Shown piece after piece: positions 18,209-28,832 of a stretch of DNA of 64,000 nt. Source of the stretch: Bradymonadia bacterium (GTDB lineage: Bacteria; Myxococcota_A; Bradymonadia; UBA7976; UBA1532); the NCBI GenBank assembly GCA_046290225.1, contig JBKAGE010000036.1:32001-96000 (forward strand). Direction: 5' to 3'. The first letter of the stretch is position 1. Every line of letters begins with the position of its first letter. The notes below the pieces were generated by a model. The model saw only the letters and a program-made list of their open reading frames with translations, had not been told where the DNA came from and ran no database searches. The translations under genes and the position numbers were made by a program.

Positions 18209-19354
18209 GTGTCCGAGATCACAGTGAAGACCCTCCCCCAGGTGGGCGAGGTGGCCCCGGAAGCCTGGGACGCCCTCGTCGGCGTCGGCGGCTGCCCCTT
18301 CCTCGAGCACGGCTTCTTGTCCAGCCTCGAAGACGCCGGCTGTGTGGGGCCAGGCACCGGGTGGAGCCCTCGCTACATCGCCGCCCGACGGGGTCGCGAT
18401 CTGGTGGGCGCCTTGCCTCTGTTTCGCAAAGACAACGGATACGGCGAGTTCATCTTCGACTGGGGGTGGGCCGATGCCGCTCAGCGGGCGGGGATCCCCT
18501 ACTACCCCAAGATGGTGGTGGCGGCCCCCTTCTCCCCCGTGGCAGGCCCTCGGTTCCTGCTGGCCCCGGGTGAAGGTGAAGCGGTGATGGACGCCCTGCT
18601 TCAAGGGGCGCGCACGGCGGCGGTGCAGGAGCCCGCCACAGGCATTCACTGGCTCTTCATCACCGAGACAGAAGAGGCCTTTTTGCAGAGCCGTGGCTTC
18701 GCCATCCGCCACACCCACCAGTTCCACTGGACCAACGACGGCTACGACGATTTCGACGGCTTCTTGCAGCGTTTCAACAGCAAGCGACGCAACCAGATCA
18801 AGCGAGAGCGCCGCAGAGTGCGTGAGGCCGGGGTCACCACCCAGGTGCTCACGGGTGAGGCCATCACCGAAGATCACATCGACACCATGTGGCGCTACTA
18901 CACCTCCACCGTCGATCAGTACTTCTATGGCCGCCGGTATCTGAACCGTCGAGCCTTCGATCTCATGCATCAGCGTTTCCGCGACCGTATGTTCTTTCTC
19001 ATCGCCGAGCAGGGCGGCGCCCCCATAGGTGGCACCTTCAACGTGGCCAAGGACGGCGCCTTGTACGGCCGCTACTGGGGCACGACGACGCAGATCCCGA
19101 ACCTGCACTTCGAAGTCTGCAGCTATGCCGGCATCGAGGCCGCCATCGAGCGGGGCTTTCACCGCTTCGAAGCGGGCGCTGGCGGCGGAGGCCACAAGTT
19201 CGGCCGGGGGTTCCTCCCCAACATCACCCGCTCAGCCCACGAGATCTTCATCCCTGGCCTCGATGAGGCGATCCGACGCTTTGTTCGACAGGAGAAGTTC
19301 TCGCTGGCCTGCGAGTTGGAGGAGGTCCAGGGGCGGGTGCTCAAACCCCGTTGA
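18209..19354 (+). CDS. FemAB-like GNAT family protein (DUF482-type)
   Basis: PFLEHGFLSSLE, GEFIFDWGWA, YYPK..PFSP, LYGRYWG, LHFEVC, FEAGA..HK.RGF. GTG start follows GGAGAG. Confidence 0.88.
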   Translation: MSEITVKTLPQVGEVAPEAWDALVGVGGCPFLEHGFLSSLEDAGCVGPGTGWSPRYIAARRGRDLVGALPLFRKDNGYGEFIFDWGWADAAQRAGIPYYPKMVVAAPFSPVAGPRFLLAPGEGEAVMDALLQGARTAAVQEPATGIHWLFITETEEAFLQSRGFAIRHTHQFHWTNDGYDDFDGFLQRFNSKRRNQIKRERRRVREAGVTTQVLTGEAITEDHIDTMWRYYTSTVDQYFYGRRYLNRRAFDLMHQRFRDRMFFLIAEQGGAPIGGTFNVAKDGALYGRYWGTTTQIPNLHFEVCSYAGIEAAIERGFHRFEAGAGGGGHKFGRGFLPNITRSAHEIFIPGLDEAIRRFVRQEKFSLACELEEVQGRVLKPR

Positions 19355-19387
19355 GCGGACGGCCGTGCGCTCAAGGCAGCTCACTGC

Positions 19388-20380
19388 TCAGTTGAGCAGA
19401 TCCTTCACGGTCTCGCGCTCGCCGGAGAGCTCCGCAGCGGTCTTCTCGATGCGGGCCTTGGACTTCTCGTCGATCTCGAGGCCCTGCACGATGTGGTACT
19501 GGCCGTTCTCGTCCACGGTGCAGGGGAAGCTGAAGATCAGCCCCTCAGGCACACCGTAGCTGCCGTCAGAGGGCACGGCCATGCTGACGAACTCACCGTC
19601 GGGGGTGGGGAAGAACCAGTCGTGGATGTGGTTGATGCCTGCCCAGGCAGCGGAGGCCGCGGAGGACTTGCCGCGGGCCTTGATGATGGCCTTGCCGCGG
19701 GTCTGCACCGTCTTCATGAAGTCGTTCTCGAGCCACTCGCCATCGGTGATGACCTCGGTGAGGGCTTTTCCGCCGATCTCGGCGTGGGTGTAGTTCGGGT
19801 ACATCGTGGGGGAGTGGTTGCCCCAGATGGCCAGCTTCTTGATCTCACCCACGGGGGCGCCGCTCTGGATGGCGAGCTGTGCCTTGGCGCGGTTCTGGTC
19901 GAGGCGGGTCATGGCGGTGAAGTTCGCCCGGGGGATCCGCGTGGCCTGGTGCATGGCGATCAGGCAGTTGGTGTTGCAGGGGTTGCCGATGACCACGATC
20001 TTGGCGTTCTCGGACGCCACGGCGTCGATGGCCTTGCCCTGACCCACGAAGATGGGGCCGTTCTCGCGGATGAGATCAGCACGCTCCATGCCGGGGCCAC
20101 GGGGCTTGGAGCCCACGAGCATCACCACGTCGGCGTCTTTGAAGCCCACCATGGGATCATCGGTGCAGATGATGTCCTGCACTAGGGGGTAGGCGCAGTC
20201 GCGCAGCTCCATCTCCACGCCCTTGAGGGCGTCGAGGGCCGGGGTGATCTCGAGCAGCTGCAGGATCACGGGCTGATCGGCGCCGAGCATGTCGCCGTTG
20301 GCGATGGGGAACAGCAGGCTGTAGCCGATGTTGCCGGCGGCGCCGGTCACTGCAACGCGAAGGGGCGTCTTGGTGCTCAT
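19388..20380 (-). CDS. mdh: Malate dehydrogenase
   Basis: [43 protein letters not shown] and [11 protein letters not shown]. Confidence 0.97.
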   Translation of the reverse strand: MSTKTPLRVAVTGAAGNIGYSLLFPIANGDMLGADQPVILQLLEITPALDALKGVEMELRDCAYPLVQDIICTDDPMVGFKDADVVMLVGSKPRGPGMERADLIRENGPIFVGQGKAIDAVASENAKIVVIGNPCNTNCLIAMHQATRIPRANFTAMTRLDQNRAKAQLAIQSGAPVGEIKKLAIWGNHSPTMYPNYTHAEIGGKALTEVITDGEWLENDFMKTVQTRGKAIIKARGKSSAASAAWAGINHIHDWFFPTPDGEFVSMAVPSDGSYGVPEGLIFSFPCTVDENGQYHIVQGLEIDEKSKARIEKTAAELSGERETVKDLLN

Positions 20381-20454
20381 GGGATCTCCATGGGTCGGGG
20401 GGTTGTGCGTGCCCCCGCTCACGCATGGGACACTCTGGTTGGGGCGCAGTCTAC

Positions 20455-21861
20455 TCAACCAGCCTTGGGTGTCGAGGGGGTTGGCGTTTTCAGGGCCACG
20501 ATCTCGAAACCGATGGCGAGCAGGAGCGCCACGGCGGTGAGCCCTGCAGTGAGACCCCACCACAGACCACGGGGGCCCTCTGTGGTGCCGTAGGCCAGCC
20601 ACATGGCCAGCGGAAACCCTACGGCCCAGTGGCCCACGAGGTTCATGATCATGGGCGCTCGGGTGCGTCCGAGACCTCGCCACGCCCCGGCGCCTACGGC
20701 CTGCAATCCATCGCTCACCTGAAACAACGCCGCCACGTGCAGCAGCGGGATGGCCACCTGGACCACATGACCCTTGTCGGTGAGCAGCCAGGCCAGCGGC
20801 TCGGCGAAGGTCCAGAACATCAGGCCGTTGCACCCCATGAACACCGCAGCCGCTCCGAGGCCGGCACGGCCAGCAGCGCGGGCGCGCCGCAGATCCCCCT
20901 CCCCCACAGCCTGACCCACCATGGCCGAAGTGGCCCCGGACAAACCCATACAGATGGTGAAGGTGAAGCTGGCCAGCATGAGCGCCACATGATGACCGCT
21001 GGTGACCACTGGACCGAACCGCCCCATGAGCACGGTGACGCCGGCGAAGATGCCCACCTCGGCGCCGAGCTGCAGCCCGATGGGCCACCCCATGCGGAAG
21101 ACCTCGGCCACCTCCCCTGGGGCCGGTGGCAGCGCCCCACCGCCGATGGCCTTCACCGAGCGATGCATGATCCAGAGCTGAAGCAGTGACGAGGCAGTAG
21201 ATGCCAGCCCCACACCGGCGACGCCGAGCCCGGCGCCGATGTGTCCGAGCCCCAAAGCCCCTGCCTGCTCTGGCGTGAAGGCCAGATAGACGCTCATGGG
21301 TACATTGATGAGGTTGGCGCCGATGGTGGCCACGAGGACCGGGCGGCCGTGGCCCATGGACTGAGCCATCCCTCGACCAGAGATGTACATGAAGAGGGGC
21401 AGCAAACCCACGCAACGGGTGACGAGGTACACCCCACATTCCTGAATCGAAGCAGGATCTACACCGATCGGGTGCAGCAGCCACCAGGCCAGGGCCAGCA
21501 ACGCCGTAAGGGGCAGGCTCATCAAGCGGCTGAGCTTGAGCGCCGCCCCATATACCCTCCGGGCCCGGGTGAGATCACCAGCACCGACGCCCTGAGACGC
21601 CAGTGGGTCCATGCCACCGAGCACACCCATGCCCAGCACCATCGTCCCTGCAAAGAGACCTCCGGCGAGGCTGGTGCCTGCCATGGCTTCGGCGCTGATG
21701 CGCCCCACCACCGCAGCATCGACGACGCTCATCAGCTGTTGACCTGCGTAGGCCACCACGAGGGGGCCGGCGAGCTTGAGCACTGCAAAAAGAGGGGCAT
21801 CGGGGCCCTGGCGACCCAGCGTAATCAAGGTTTCACCTCTAACAGCCGATGACTGTGACAC
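20455..21861 (-). CDS. MATE family efflux transporter (NorM-like)
   Basis: About 12 TM segments; 'VDAAVVGR', '[13 protein letters not shown]', '[12 protein letters not shown]...RGLG.T'. Confidence 0.92.
   Translation of the reverse strand: MSQSSAVRGETLITLGRQGPDAPLFAVLKLAGPLVVAYAGQQLMSVVDAAVVGRISAEAMAGTSLAGGLFAGTMVLGMGVLGGMDPLASQGVGAGDLTRARRVYGAALKLSRLMSLPLTALLALAWWLLHPIGVDPASIQECGVYLVTRCVGLLPLFMYISGRGMAQSMGHGRPVLVATIGANLINVPMSVYLAFTPEQAGALGLGHIGAGLGVAGVGLASTASSLLQLWIMHRSVKAIGGGALPPAPGEVAEVFRMGWPIGLQLGAEVGIFAGVTVLMGRFGPVVTSGHHVALMLASFTFTICMGLSGATSAMVGQAVGEGDLRRARAAGRAGLGAAAVFMGCNGLMFWTFAEPLAWLLTDKGHVVQVAIPLLHVAALFQVSDGLQAVGAGAWRGLGRTRAPMIMNLVGHWAVGFPLAMWLAYGTTEGPRGLWWGLTAGLTAVALLLAIGFEIVALKTPTPSTPKAG
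21825..21852 (+). promoter_or_regulatory. Candidate sigma-28 (FliA)-type promoter for the diguanylate cyclase
   Basis: TCAAG-N15-GCCGATGA about 100 bp upstream of the ATG at 21956. Confidence 0.45.
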
Positions 21862-21955
21862 GCCCCCGTCTACCGGTCCTATGGGTCGGGTTCAAGCGGG
21901 GTTTGTTCGCGCAGCGCCTGAGCAGGTCTCAGGCTGATCGACTGCAGAGGGGTCC

Positions 21956-23005
21956 ATGCACCAGGAGCAACAGCGATCACCGGCAACGTTGGAGGCCCGG
22001 TCCACCAATGCGCTCGGCTCTCAGGCCAGCGAAGCCGAGGCCCACAACTTCATCAAATCGATCGCCCACACCCTCAAAGTGTTGGTGGCCGAAGATGATC
22101 GCATCACCCGTCGTATCCTCACTCGAACGGTGGAACAGCTCGGCCATGAGTGCGTCGCAGTCTCGGACGGCGAGAGCGCACTGGCCATTTTCGAAGAGCG
22201 CCCCTTCAACGTGATCATCAGCGACTGGATGATGCCGGGTATGGACGGCAAAGAACTGTGCCGCCAGATCAGATCGCGACAAGGCTACACCTATTTCATC
22301 CTGCTCACTGCCCTCGACGACCATCAGTATCGCCTCGAGGGTATGCGGGCCGGCGCCGATGACTTCTTGACCAAGCCTCTGAACCGGGATGATCTCGAAG
22401 CGCGCCTGATCGCCGCTCAACGGGTCACTCAACTGCACGCGCAGATCGCGGAGCAGAAGGCTGAGCTCGACAAGCTCAATGCCAAACTCTTCGAGGATGG
22501 GCGCCGAGATCGACTCACGGGCGTGGGCAATCGACTCAAGATGGACGAGCGCATCGAATCTCTCGAAGCGCAACTCACCGAGACCACCATTCCCTTGTGT
22601 GTGGCTCTGGTAGACATCGATTGCTTCAAAAGCTTCAACGACACCGCAGGTCATATGGCAGGGGATCGTGCTCTGGCGGCGGTGGCTCAGTCTCTCGAAC
22701 GTGAGAGCCGACGCAGCGACGCCATCTATCGCTTCGGCGGTGAAGAGTTCGTCATCTTCCTGCCCGAGCTGACGCTCGACGAAGCAGAGAAAGTGCTCGA
22801 GCGAGTCAGAGAAGCTGTTCAGGGTCTCAAGATCCACCACCCGGGCACGAGCCCCTTCGGCGTGGTCACCATCAGCATTGGTGCAGCAGCCGTAGCCCCA
22901 GATGGCCCTGGATGCATCCTGTCGGCCATCAAACGCGCCGACAAAGCCCTCTACGCCTCGAAAGACGGCGGCCGAAATCGTGTATCGGTGAGCGAAGGCT
23001 CATAA
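21956..23005 (+). CDS. Response regulator diguanylate cyclase (REC-GGDEF)
   Basis: REC domain (VLVAEDD, ISDWMMP, DDFLTKP), DRLTG, DIDCFK, I-site RRSD and GGEEF. Confidence 0.93.
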   Translation: MHQEQQRSPATLEARSTNALGSQASEAEAHNFIKSIAHTLKVLVAEDDRITRRILTRTVEQLGHECVAVSDGESALAIFEERPFNVIISDWMMPGMDGKELCRQIRSRQGYTYFILLTALDDHQYRLEGMRAGADDFLTKPLNRDDLEARLIAAQRVTQLHAQIAEQKAELDKLNAKLFEDGRRDRLTGVGNRLKMDERIESLEAQLTETTIPLCVALVDIDCFKSFNDTAGHMAGDRALAAVAQSLERESRRSDAIYRFGGEEFVIFLPELTLDEAEKVLERVREAVQGLKIHHPGTSPFGVVTISIGAAAVAPDGPGCILSAIKRADKALYASKDGGRNRVSVSEGS

Positions 23006-23041
23006 AAAACGGGGTCATCTAAAAAACTCCGCCTCGGGCAC

Positions 23042-23069
23042 TCAATGTCAGGCGGGTTTCAGCCGAAAA
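23042..23069 (+). promoter_or_regulatory. Candidate sigma-28 (FliA)-type promoter for the che operon
   Basis: TCAAT-N15-GCCGAAAA in the AT-rich intergenic region upstream of cheA. Confidence 0.4.
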
Positions 23070-23200
23070 CATGAATGACTGCTTGACAAACATGAGTATT
23101 TTCATCGAGCAGACCTGAACTTTTATTCACACGACACTGCTGAATCCAGAAGGAGTGCTGGTTCGAGCGGTGGGGTGTATCAGCCGGTGGGACAGAGCCC

Positions 23201-25954
23201 ATGAGTGACTTCGACGACGAAATCATCAGTGAGTTTCTGGTCGAGGGGCGAGAGAGCCTGGACCAGCTCGATCGAGATCTCGTTCAGTTGGAAGAAGATT
23301 CTGCAGATCGAGGCACCCTCGATCGCATCTTTCGCCATATCCACACACTGAAGGGCACCTGCGGCTTCATGGGGTTCAGCAACCTCGAGGCCCTCGCTCA
23401 CGTAGGTGAGAACCTCTTGAGCAAGTTGCGAGATGGTGAATTCGATGTCACCCCAGACATCATCACCGCCCTGCTCAAAACCGTCGACGCCATCCGCGAG
23501 ATGATGGACACGATCGACGAGACAGGGAGTGACGGGACCAACGAGTACGCAGATCTCAAGGCGGAGCTCACCCGACTGCTCGCAGGCCCTGGCGCCGCTG
23601 CAGCCGCTGAACCCGTGGCCGAGGCGGCCCCTGAGCCTGCCCCTGAGCCCGAGCCTGTGGTCGAGGCGGCCCCTGAGCCTGCCCCGGAGCCCGAGCCCGT
23701 GGTCGAGGTTGCCCCCGAGCCTGAGCCCGCCCCTACGCCGGCGAGCTCCGGTGGGGTCGACAGCATCAAGGCCGCCTTGCTCGCCGAGTTGGGCCTCGAT
23801 GACTCGGAGATCAGCGCCGTGCTTTCGGGTGAGGACGTCACCGAGACCGCCTCTGCGGCTCCGGCACCTGCTCCGGAGCCCGAGCCAGCACCCGAGCCTG
23901 CCCCGGCACCTCAGGTGAACGTCAACGATCTCAGTGGCGATCCTTCTGCCCTCGCCGACGCGATCCTCGCTGGCACCCTGGGTCACGTAGGTGGTGCCAT
24001 GGAGCTCGACGCCAAGCCGGACGAGCCAATCGACGTCAACGCCGCGGTCTCCGCCCTGCTCAGCGAAACCATGCAGCAGATCCCGGGCACCGAAGAGAAA
24101 AAGAAGAACGTCACCGCCAAGGCCCAGGACGACGCTGAGCAGGTCATGGCTGCCCCGCCTCCCAAGAAGGAGAAGAAGGGCAAGCCTGCAGAGAGTGGCC
24201 AGCGCAAGGCCCGCGCCCACGAGAACATCCGCGTCGACGTGACACTGCTCGACACGCTGATGAACCTCGTCGGGGAGCTGGTGCTCATCCGCAACCAGAT
24301 CGTGCAGTGCACGCAGAGCAAGGAAGACACCGTGCTCACGGCGGCCACGCAGCGTCTGAACCTCGTCACTTCCGACCTTCAGGAAGGGGTGATGAAGACG
24401 CGCATGCAGCCCATCGGCAATGTGTGGAGCAAGTTCCCCCGCGTGGTCCGCGATCTCGCCATCACCTGTGGCAAGCGGGTGCGCGTCGAGATGGTGGGCA
24501 AAGAGACCGAGCTCGACAAGTCTCTCATCGAAGCCATCAAGGACCCCCTCACCCACTTGGTCCGCAACTCTGTGGATCATGGCATCGAATACCCCGGTGT
24601 CCGTGAGGAGAAGGGCAAGAACGGTGAGGGCCTGCTGCAGCTGCGTGCCTACCACGAGGGCGGCAAGGTCAACATCGAGATCAGGGACGACGGCGGGGGC
24701 ATCCCACCGGCGAGGATCAAGCAGAAGGCCATCGAGAAGGGCTTGATCACCGAGGAGCAGGGCGAAGGGATGACCGATCACGAGATCGTGAACCTCATCT
24801 TCACCCCGGGCTTCTCCACCGCCGAGAAGATCACCAACGTCTCTGGCCGAGGTGTGGGCATGGACGTGGTGCGCTCGAACATCGAGCGCATCGGTGGCGC
24901 CATCGAGGTGCAGAGCACCGAGGGTCAAGGCACCACCTTCCGCATCAAGATCCCGCTCACCCTGGCCATCGTGCCTGCCCTCATCGTGGGCAGCGGCAAT
25001 GGCCGGTATGCCATCCCTCAGGTGGCACTGCAGGAGCTCGTGCGACTCGACGCCGACGAGGCGAAGAAGTCGGTGGAGTTCATCCAGGGCACCCCGGTGT
25101 ACCGCCTGCGCGGTCGCTTGCTGCCGCTGGTGTTCCTCAGCGACACGCTGGGTCACGCTCGGCAAGAGGATGTGCTCAACGGCAGGGGCCGGTCGATGCG
25201 CATCGCCGTGCTGCAAGCCGACGATCGACAGTTCGGCATGGTGGTCGACTCGATTCAGGACACGCAGGACATCGTGGTCAAGCCACTGTCGAAGCACCTG
25301 AAGGCCATGTCCATCTACGCCGGCGCCACCATCATGGGTGACGGCCAGGTGGCCTTGATCCTCGACGTGCTCGGCATCGCCCAGCGAGGCAACGTGCTCA
25401 AGGCGCTGCGCTCCCGCGCTGCGGAGGATCAGGTGGAGGACAACATGAACGACGCTGGCGAGCGCACCAAGCTTTTGCTGGTGCGGTCCCCCGACGACGG
25501 GCGCCAGGCGGTGCCTCTGGCCATGGTGGCCCGCCTCGAAGAGGTGGAGGCCGACAAGGTGGAGCACGTGGGCAGCCAGCGTGTGGTCCAGTACCGCGGC
25601 GAGATTCTGCCTCTGGTCTTTGTGTCCGACGTGTTGCCCGAGCGCCGCTCGATGTACCGCAGCGAAGACGATTCAGCGGCTCAGCGGCTGCTCAACGTGG
25701 TGGTCTACACCGAGAACGGTCGCAGCATCGGCCTCGTGGTGGACCAGATCCTCGATGTGGTGGAGACCCGCCTCGACGAGCTTCAGCCCGGCTCCCGCCA
25801 TGGGGTCACCGGCTGCCTCGTGGTCCGCGACAAGGTGACCGAGCTCCTCGACGTCCGGGCCATCATCCGCGCAGCGGAGCCCTCCTTCTTCGACGCCGTA
25901 CAGCAGCCCACTCACAGCACCTACCGCGAGAGCGGTATGGCCATGGAGATGTGA
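23201..25954 (+). CDS. cheA: Chemotaxis histidine kinase CheA with two C-terminal CheW-like domains
   Basis: HPt IFRHIHTLKG, dimerisation LMNLVGELV, HATPase HLVRNSVDHGIE, DDGGG and SGRGVGMDVV; P5 plus a second CheW-like domain. Confidence 0.96.
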   Translation: MSDFDDEIISEFLVEGRESLDQLDRDLVQLEEDSADRGTLDRIFRHIHTLKGTCGFMGFSNLEALAHVGENLLSKLRDGEFDVTPDIITALLKTVDAIREMMDTIDETGSDGTNEYADLKAELTRLLAGPGAAAAAEPVAEAAPEPAPEPEPVVEAAPEPAPEPEPVVEVAPEPEPAPTPASSGGVDSIKAALLAELGLDDSEISAVLSGEDVTETASAAPAPAPEPEPAPEPAPAPQVNVNDLSGDPSALADAILAGTLGHVGGAMELDAKPDEPIDVNAAVSALLSETMQQIPGTEEKKKNVTAKAQDDAEQVMAAPPPKKEKKGKPAESGQRKARAHENIRVDVTLLDTLMNLVGELVLIRNQIVQCTQSKEDTVLTAATQRLNLVTSDLQEGVMKTRMQPIGNVWSKFPRVVRDLAITCGKRVRVEMVGKETELDKSLIEAIKDPLTHLVRNSVDHGIEYPGVREEKGKNGEGLLQLRAYHEGGKVNIEIRDDGGGIPPARIKQKAIEKGLITEEQGEGMTDHEIVNLIFTPGFSTAEKITNVSGRGVGMDVVRSNIERIGGAIEVQSTEGQGTTFRIKIPLTLAIVPALIVGSGNGRYAIPQVALQELVRLDADEAKKSVEFIQGTPVYRLRGRLLPLVFLSDTLGHARQEDVLNGRGRSMRIAVLQADDRQFGMVVDSIQDTQDIVVKPLSKHLKAMSIYAGATIMGDGQVALILDVLGIAQRGNVLKALRSRAAEDQVEDNMNDAGERTKLLLVRSPDDGRQAVPLAMVARLEEVEADKVEHVGSQRVVQYRGEILPLVFVSDVLPERRSMYRSEDDSAAQRLLNVVVYTENGRSIGLVVDQILDVVETRLDELQPGSRHGVTGCLVVRDKVTELLDVRAIIRAAEPSFFDAVQQPTHSTYRESGMAMEM
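23618..23735 (+). repeat. ~3x 42-bp tandem repeat in the CheA linker (VEAAPEPAPEPEPV)
   Basis: gtcgaggcggcccctgagcctgcccc...gagcccgtg repeated. Confidence 0.8.
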
Positions 25955-25957
25955 TCA

Positions 25958-26389
25958 ATGAGTGACGCAGCAGGTGGACAGTTCTGCACCTTCTTTCTCG
26001 ACAACCACTTCTTCGGGGTGGAGGTCAACCACGTCCAGGAGGTCTTGCGGTACCAGGAGATGACTCCGGTGCCCCAGGCCCCCGACACCATCCGCGGACT
26101 CATCAACCTCCGCGGGCAGATCGTCACCGCCATCGACCTGCGGCGACGGCTGGCCTTCGAGCCTCTCCCCGAAGAGGCCAAGCCCATGAACGTCGTCGTG
26201 GGCACGGATGATGGCACCGTGAGCTTCCTCGTCGACCGCATCGGCGACGTGCTCACCGTCGACGAGGGGCAATATGAGGCCCCGCCGGAGACCCTGGAAG
26301 GCCCCGTTGCCAACATGGTCACCGGCACCTACAAGCTCGAAGACCGGCTCCTGCTCGTCCTCGACACCTTGCAGGCCACCGCAGTCTGA
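25958..26389 (+). CDS. cheW: Chemotaxis adaptor CheW
   Basis: VQEVL..TPVPQAP...GLINLRGQIVTAIDLR. Confidence 0.95.
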   Translation: MSDAAGGQFCTFFLDNHFFGVEVNHVQEVLRYQEMTPVPQAPDTIRGLINLRGQIVTAIDLRRRLAFEPLPEEAKPMNVVVGTDDGTVSFLVDRIGDVLTVDEGQYEAPPETLEGPVANMVTGTYKLEDRLLLVLDTLQATAV

Positions 26390-26429
26390 CACTGCGGGGC
26401 CCCCCTCACGCCTGCCCCGAGGTCGCATC

Positions 26430-27767
26430 ATGAGCCAGAAACCCATCCGCGTGGTGGTCTGCGACGACTCCTCCACAGTCCGACGCATCATTCGTCGGTG
26501 CCTCAAAGATCTCGATGACATCGAAGTGGTCGGCGAAGCCAAAGATGGCATCGAAGTCTTGCCTTTGATCCGCGAGCTCGAGCCCGATCTGCTCACCCTG
26601 GACATCGAGATGCCCCAACAAGACGGCCTCTCGACCCTGGCGCAGCTCAAACGGGAAGGCGTGAGGCTGCCGGTCATCATGATCAGCACCCTCACTCACC
26701 GTGGTGCGGCCATCACTCTGGAGGCCCTCTCTCGAGGGGCGAGCGAGTACATCGCCAAGCCCTCGAACGTAGGCTCTCTCAATGAGGCCCTCGATCTCGT
26801 ACGGGCCCAGCTCGTGCCCAAAATCAGAGGCCTCACCGAACATCTCCGGCGGCCTCCGCGGCCCGCGACGCCTTTACCAAAGGCGCCTTCGGCCCCGACA
26901 CCTTTGATGACGAAGCCCACACCGGCACCCAGGCCATCGCGGCCTTCGTCGGCGCCTTCCAGGTCTGCAGAGCCTGCGCTCTTGAACCTCGCGGCAAAAC
27001 GCAAGCGCTCGCTTCTGGCGACGCCGGCGCCGCTGAAGAGCAGCCGTACACTGACCCCCGCGAAGCCAAAGCCTGTTCGAGCAACGCCTGCGCCATCGCT
27101 CAAACGGGCACCGAGGCCAGCCCTGCGGGTCGGGCAACATCGCATTGTGGTCATCGCGGTCTCTACAGGTGGGCCCAACGCCATCACCCAACTTCTGTCA
27201 GCGCTCCCTGGGAGCTTCCCAGTGCCCATCCTCGTGGTGCAGCACATGCCCGCCCCCTTCACTCAGCTGCTCGCTGAGCGGCTCGACGAGCGGTGCGCCC
27301 TCACGGTCCGTGAGGGATACGCAGGTGGTCTCGTAGAGCCCGGTACGGTGTGGATCGCCCCCGGTGGTTTCCACATGGTGCCCCAGAAAACTGAGTCGGG
27401 GGTCATGTTGGCAATTAATCAAGACCCACCCGAGAACTCTTGTCGCCCAGCTGCCGATCCAATGTTCAGAGCGGCGACAGAGATCTACGGCTCTCAGGTC
27501 CTCGGTGTGGTGATGACTGGCATGGGTCAAGACGGCCTGGTCGGTAGCCAGCACATCAAGGCAACTGGTGGTGAGGTCATTGTCCAGGACGAGAGCTCCA
27601 GCGTGGTCTGGGGCATGCCTGGCGCAGTGGTCGGTGCCAACCTCGCCGATGGGATCTTCTCTCTCGACCAATTGGCCCGAGAGATGAGCACCCGAGTCAG
27701 TCAACAGAAGGGGCGTGGGGCCAGTCAGGGTCGGACGTCCATTGCAGAAGCCGCGGGACAGAGCTGA
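26430..27767 (+). CDS. cheB: Chemotaxis methylesterase CheB
   Basis: REC domain (DDS, TLDIEMP), catalytic STGG, QHMP, GMGQDG and VVWGMP; long Pro-rich linker. Confidence 0.95.
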   Translation: MSQKPIRVVVCDDSSTVRRIIRRCLKDLDDIEVVGEAKDGIEVLPLIRELEPDLLTLDIEMPQQDGLSTLAQLKREGVRLPVIMISTLTHRGAAITLEALSRGASEYIAKPSNVGSLNEALDLVRAQLVPKIRGLTEHLRRPPRPATPLPKAPSAPTPLMTKPTPAPRPSRPSSAPSRSAEPALLNLAAKRKRSLLATPAPLKSSRTLTPAKPKPVRATPAPSLKRAPRPALRVGQHRIVVIAVSTGGPNAITQLLSALPGSFPVPILVVQHMPAPFTQLLAERLDERCALTVREGYAGGLVEPGTVWIAPGGFHMVPQKTESGVMLAINQDPPENSCRPAADPMFRAATEIYGSQVLGVVMTGMGQDGLVGSQHIKATGGEVIVQDESSSVVWGMPGAVVGANLADGIFSLDQLAREMSTRVSQQKGRGASQGRTSIAEAAGQS

Positions 27768-27859
27768 CACACGTCAGGCCCAAGGCATCACCAACCCGAT
27801 GACCACGGTCATCTCACAGCAGGTCTGTCTTCAAGCAGACCCTGGGGAGTGCATCGAAG

Positions 27860-28330
27860 ATGGACGCTGAAGTCATCAACCCGTTCATCAACGCCACCCG
27901 TAATGTGGTGGCGACCATGGCAGGGATCTCCCCGAAGCCGGAAAAGCCCCGGCTCAAGAGAGATCACGCCTCGACCATGGATTTTACCGGTGTGGTGGGG
28001 CTGGCCGGAGATGGAGCCAAGGGCTCTTTCGCGGTCAGCTTCAGCCAGAGCTGTATCGAGCGCATCGTGCGCAACATGCTCGGCGACGAGATCGAAGACA
28101 TGGAGCAAGACGTCCGCGATGCCGTGGGCGAGCTGGCCAACATGATCTCCGGTGGCGCCCGAGCAGAGCTGGAGCAGAAAGGCTACAGCTTCGATATGGC
28201 GGTGCCCACCCTCATCGCAGGCAGAGGACACCGCATCTTTCAGCTCACTGAGATGCCGGTACTGGTCGTCCCCTTCAATACAGAGGATGGCCCGTTCACC
28301 GTCGAAGTCTGCCTCAAGAGCGGACGCTGA
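27860..28330 (+). CDS. cheX: CheY-P phosphatase CheX
   Basis: INPFINAT, GVVGLAG, DAVGELANMISG (ExxN) and VPT. Confidence 0.92.
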   Translation: MDAEVINPFINATRNVVATMAGISPKPEKPRLKRDHASTMDFTGVVGLAGDGAKGSFAVSFSQSCIERIVRNMLGDEIEDMEQDVRDAVGELANMISGGARAELEQKGYSFDMAVPTLIAGRGHRIFQLTEMPVLVVPFNTEDGPFTVEVCLKSGR

Positions 28331-28397
28331 GAGCCACTGAGTCAATAGATCTCACACAACACCAACTGGGAAGACTGACAGACAGCGAATCTGTCAG

Positions 28398-28805
28398 ATG
28401 GAGAACGACAGCATGAACATCGACAAGAACATGCGGATCCTGGTGGTCGACGATTACTCCACCATGCGTCGGATCGTCAGGGGCATTCTGCGCCGCCTCG
28501 GCTTCAACAACATTGAAGAAGCCGAAGAGGGCAAGAGTGGCCTCAAGAAGCTGCAGGAAGAAGAGTTCGAACTCATCATCTGTGACTGGAACATGCCGGT
28601 CATGACGGGTCTCGAGCTGCTCAAGACTGTGCGAGCTGACGACAAGCTCAAGCACATCCCCTTCTTGATGGTCACCGCCGAGGCCAAGAAGGAGAACATC
28701 ATCGACGCCATTCAGGCGGGGGTGAGCAACTATGTGGTGAAGCCCTTCACCGAAGATGTGCTCGCGCAGAAGCTCGAGGCCATCTTCAAGGCTCAGGCGG
28801 CCTGA
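28398..28805 (+). CDS. cheY: Chemotaxis response regulator CheY
   Basis: [32 protein letters not shown] and YVVKPFT. Confidence 0.95.
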   Translation: MENDSMNIDKNMRILVVDDYSTMRRIVRGILRRLGFNNIEEAEEGKSGLKKLQEEEFELIICDWNMPVMTGLELLKTVRADDKLKHIPFLMVTAEAKKENIIDAIQAGVSNYVVKPFTEDVLAQKLEAIFKAQAA

Positions 28806-28832
28806 TCGGTCGGGGGTACATCTGGCAGGGGC

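Noticed and set aside
20381..21484. Apparent N-terminal fusion to malate dehydrogenase (698-aa ORF)
   Set aside because: It is an alternative frame over the MATE gene; mdh starts at 20380.
23083..23112. Perfect TTGACA upstream of cheA as a sigma-70 promoter
   Set aside because: There is no credible -10 hexamer at 16-18 bp spacing.
23180..25567. 795-aa antisense ORF over cheA (similarly 2078-3937, 50310-51812 and 58108-59937)
   Set aside because: These are high-GC shadow or off-frame ORFs overlapping well-supported genes.
27774..27802. Third sigma-28-like site (TCAGG-N16-CCCGATGA) before cheX
   Set aside because: Both boxes mismatch and the spacing differs from the other two sites; too weak to call.
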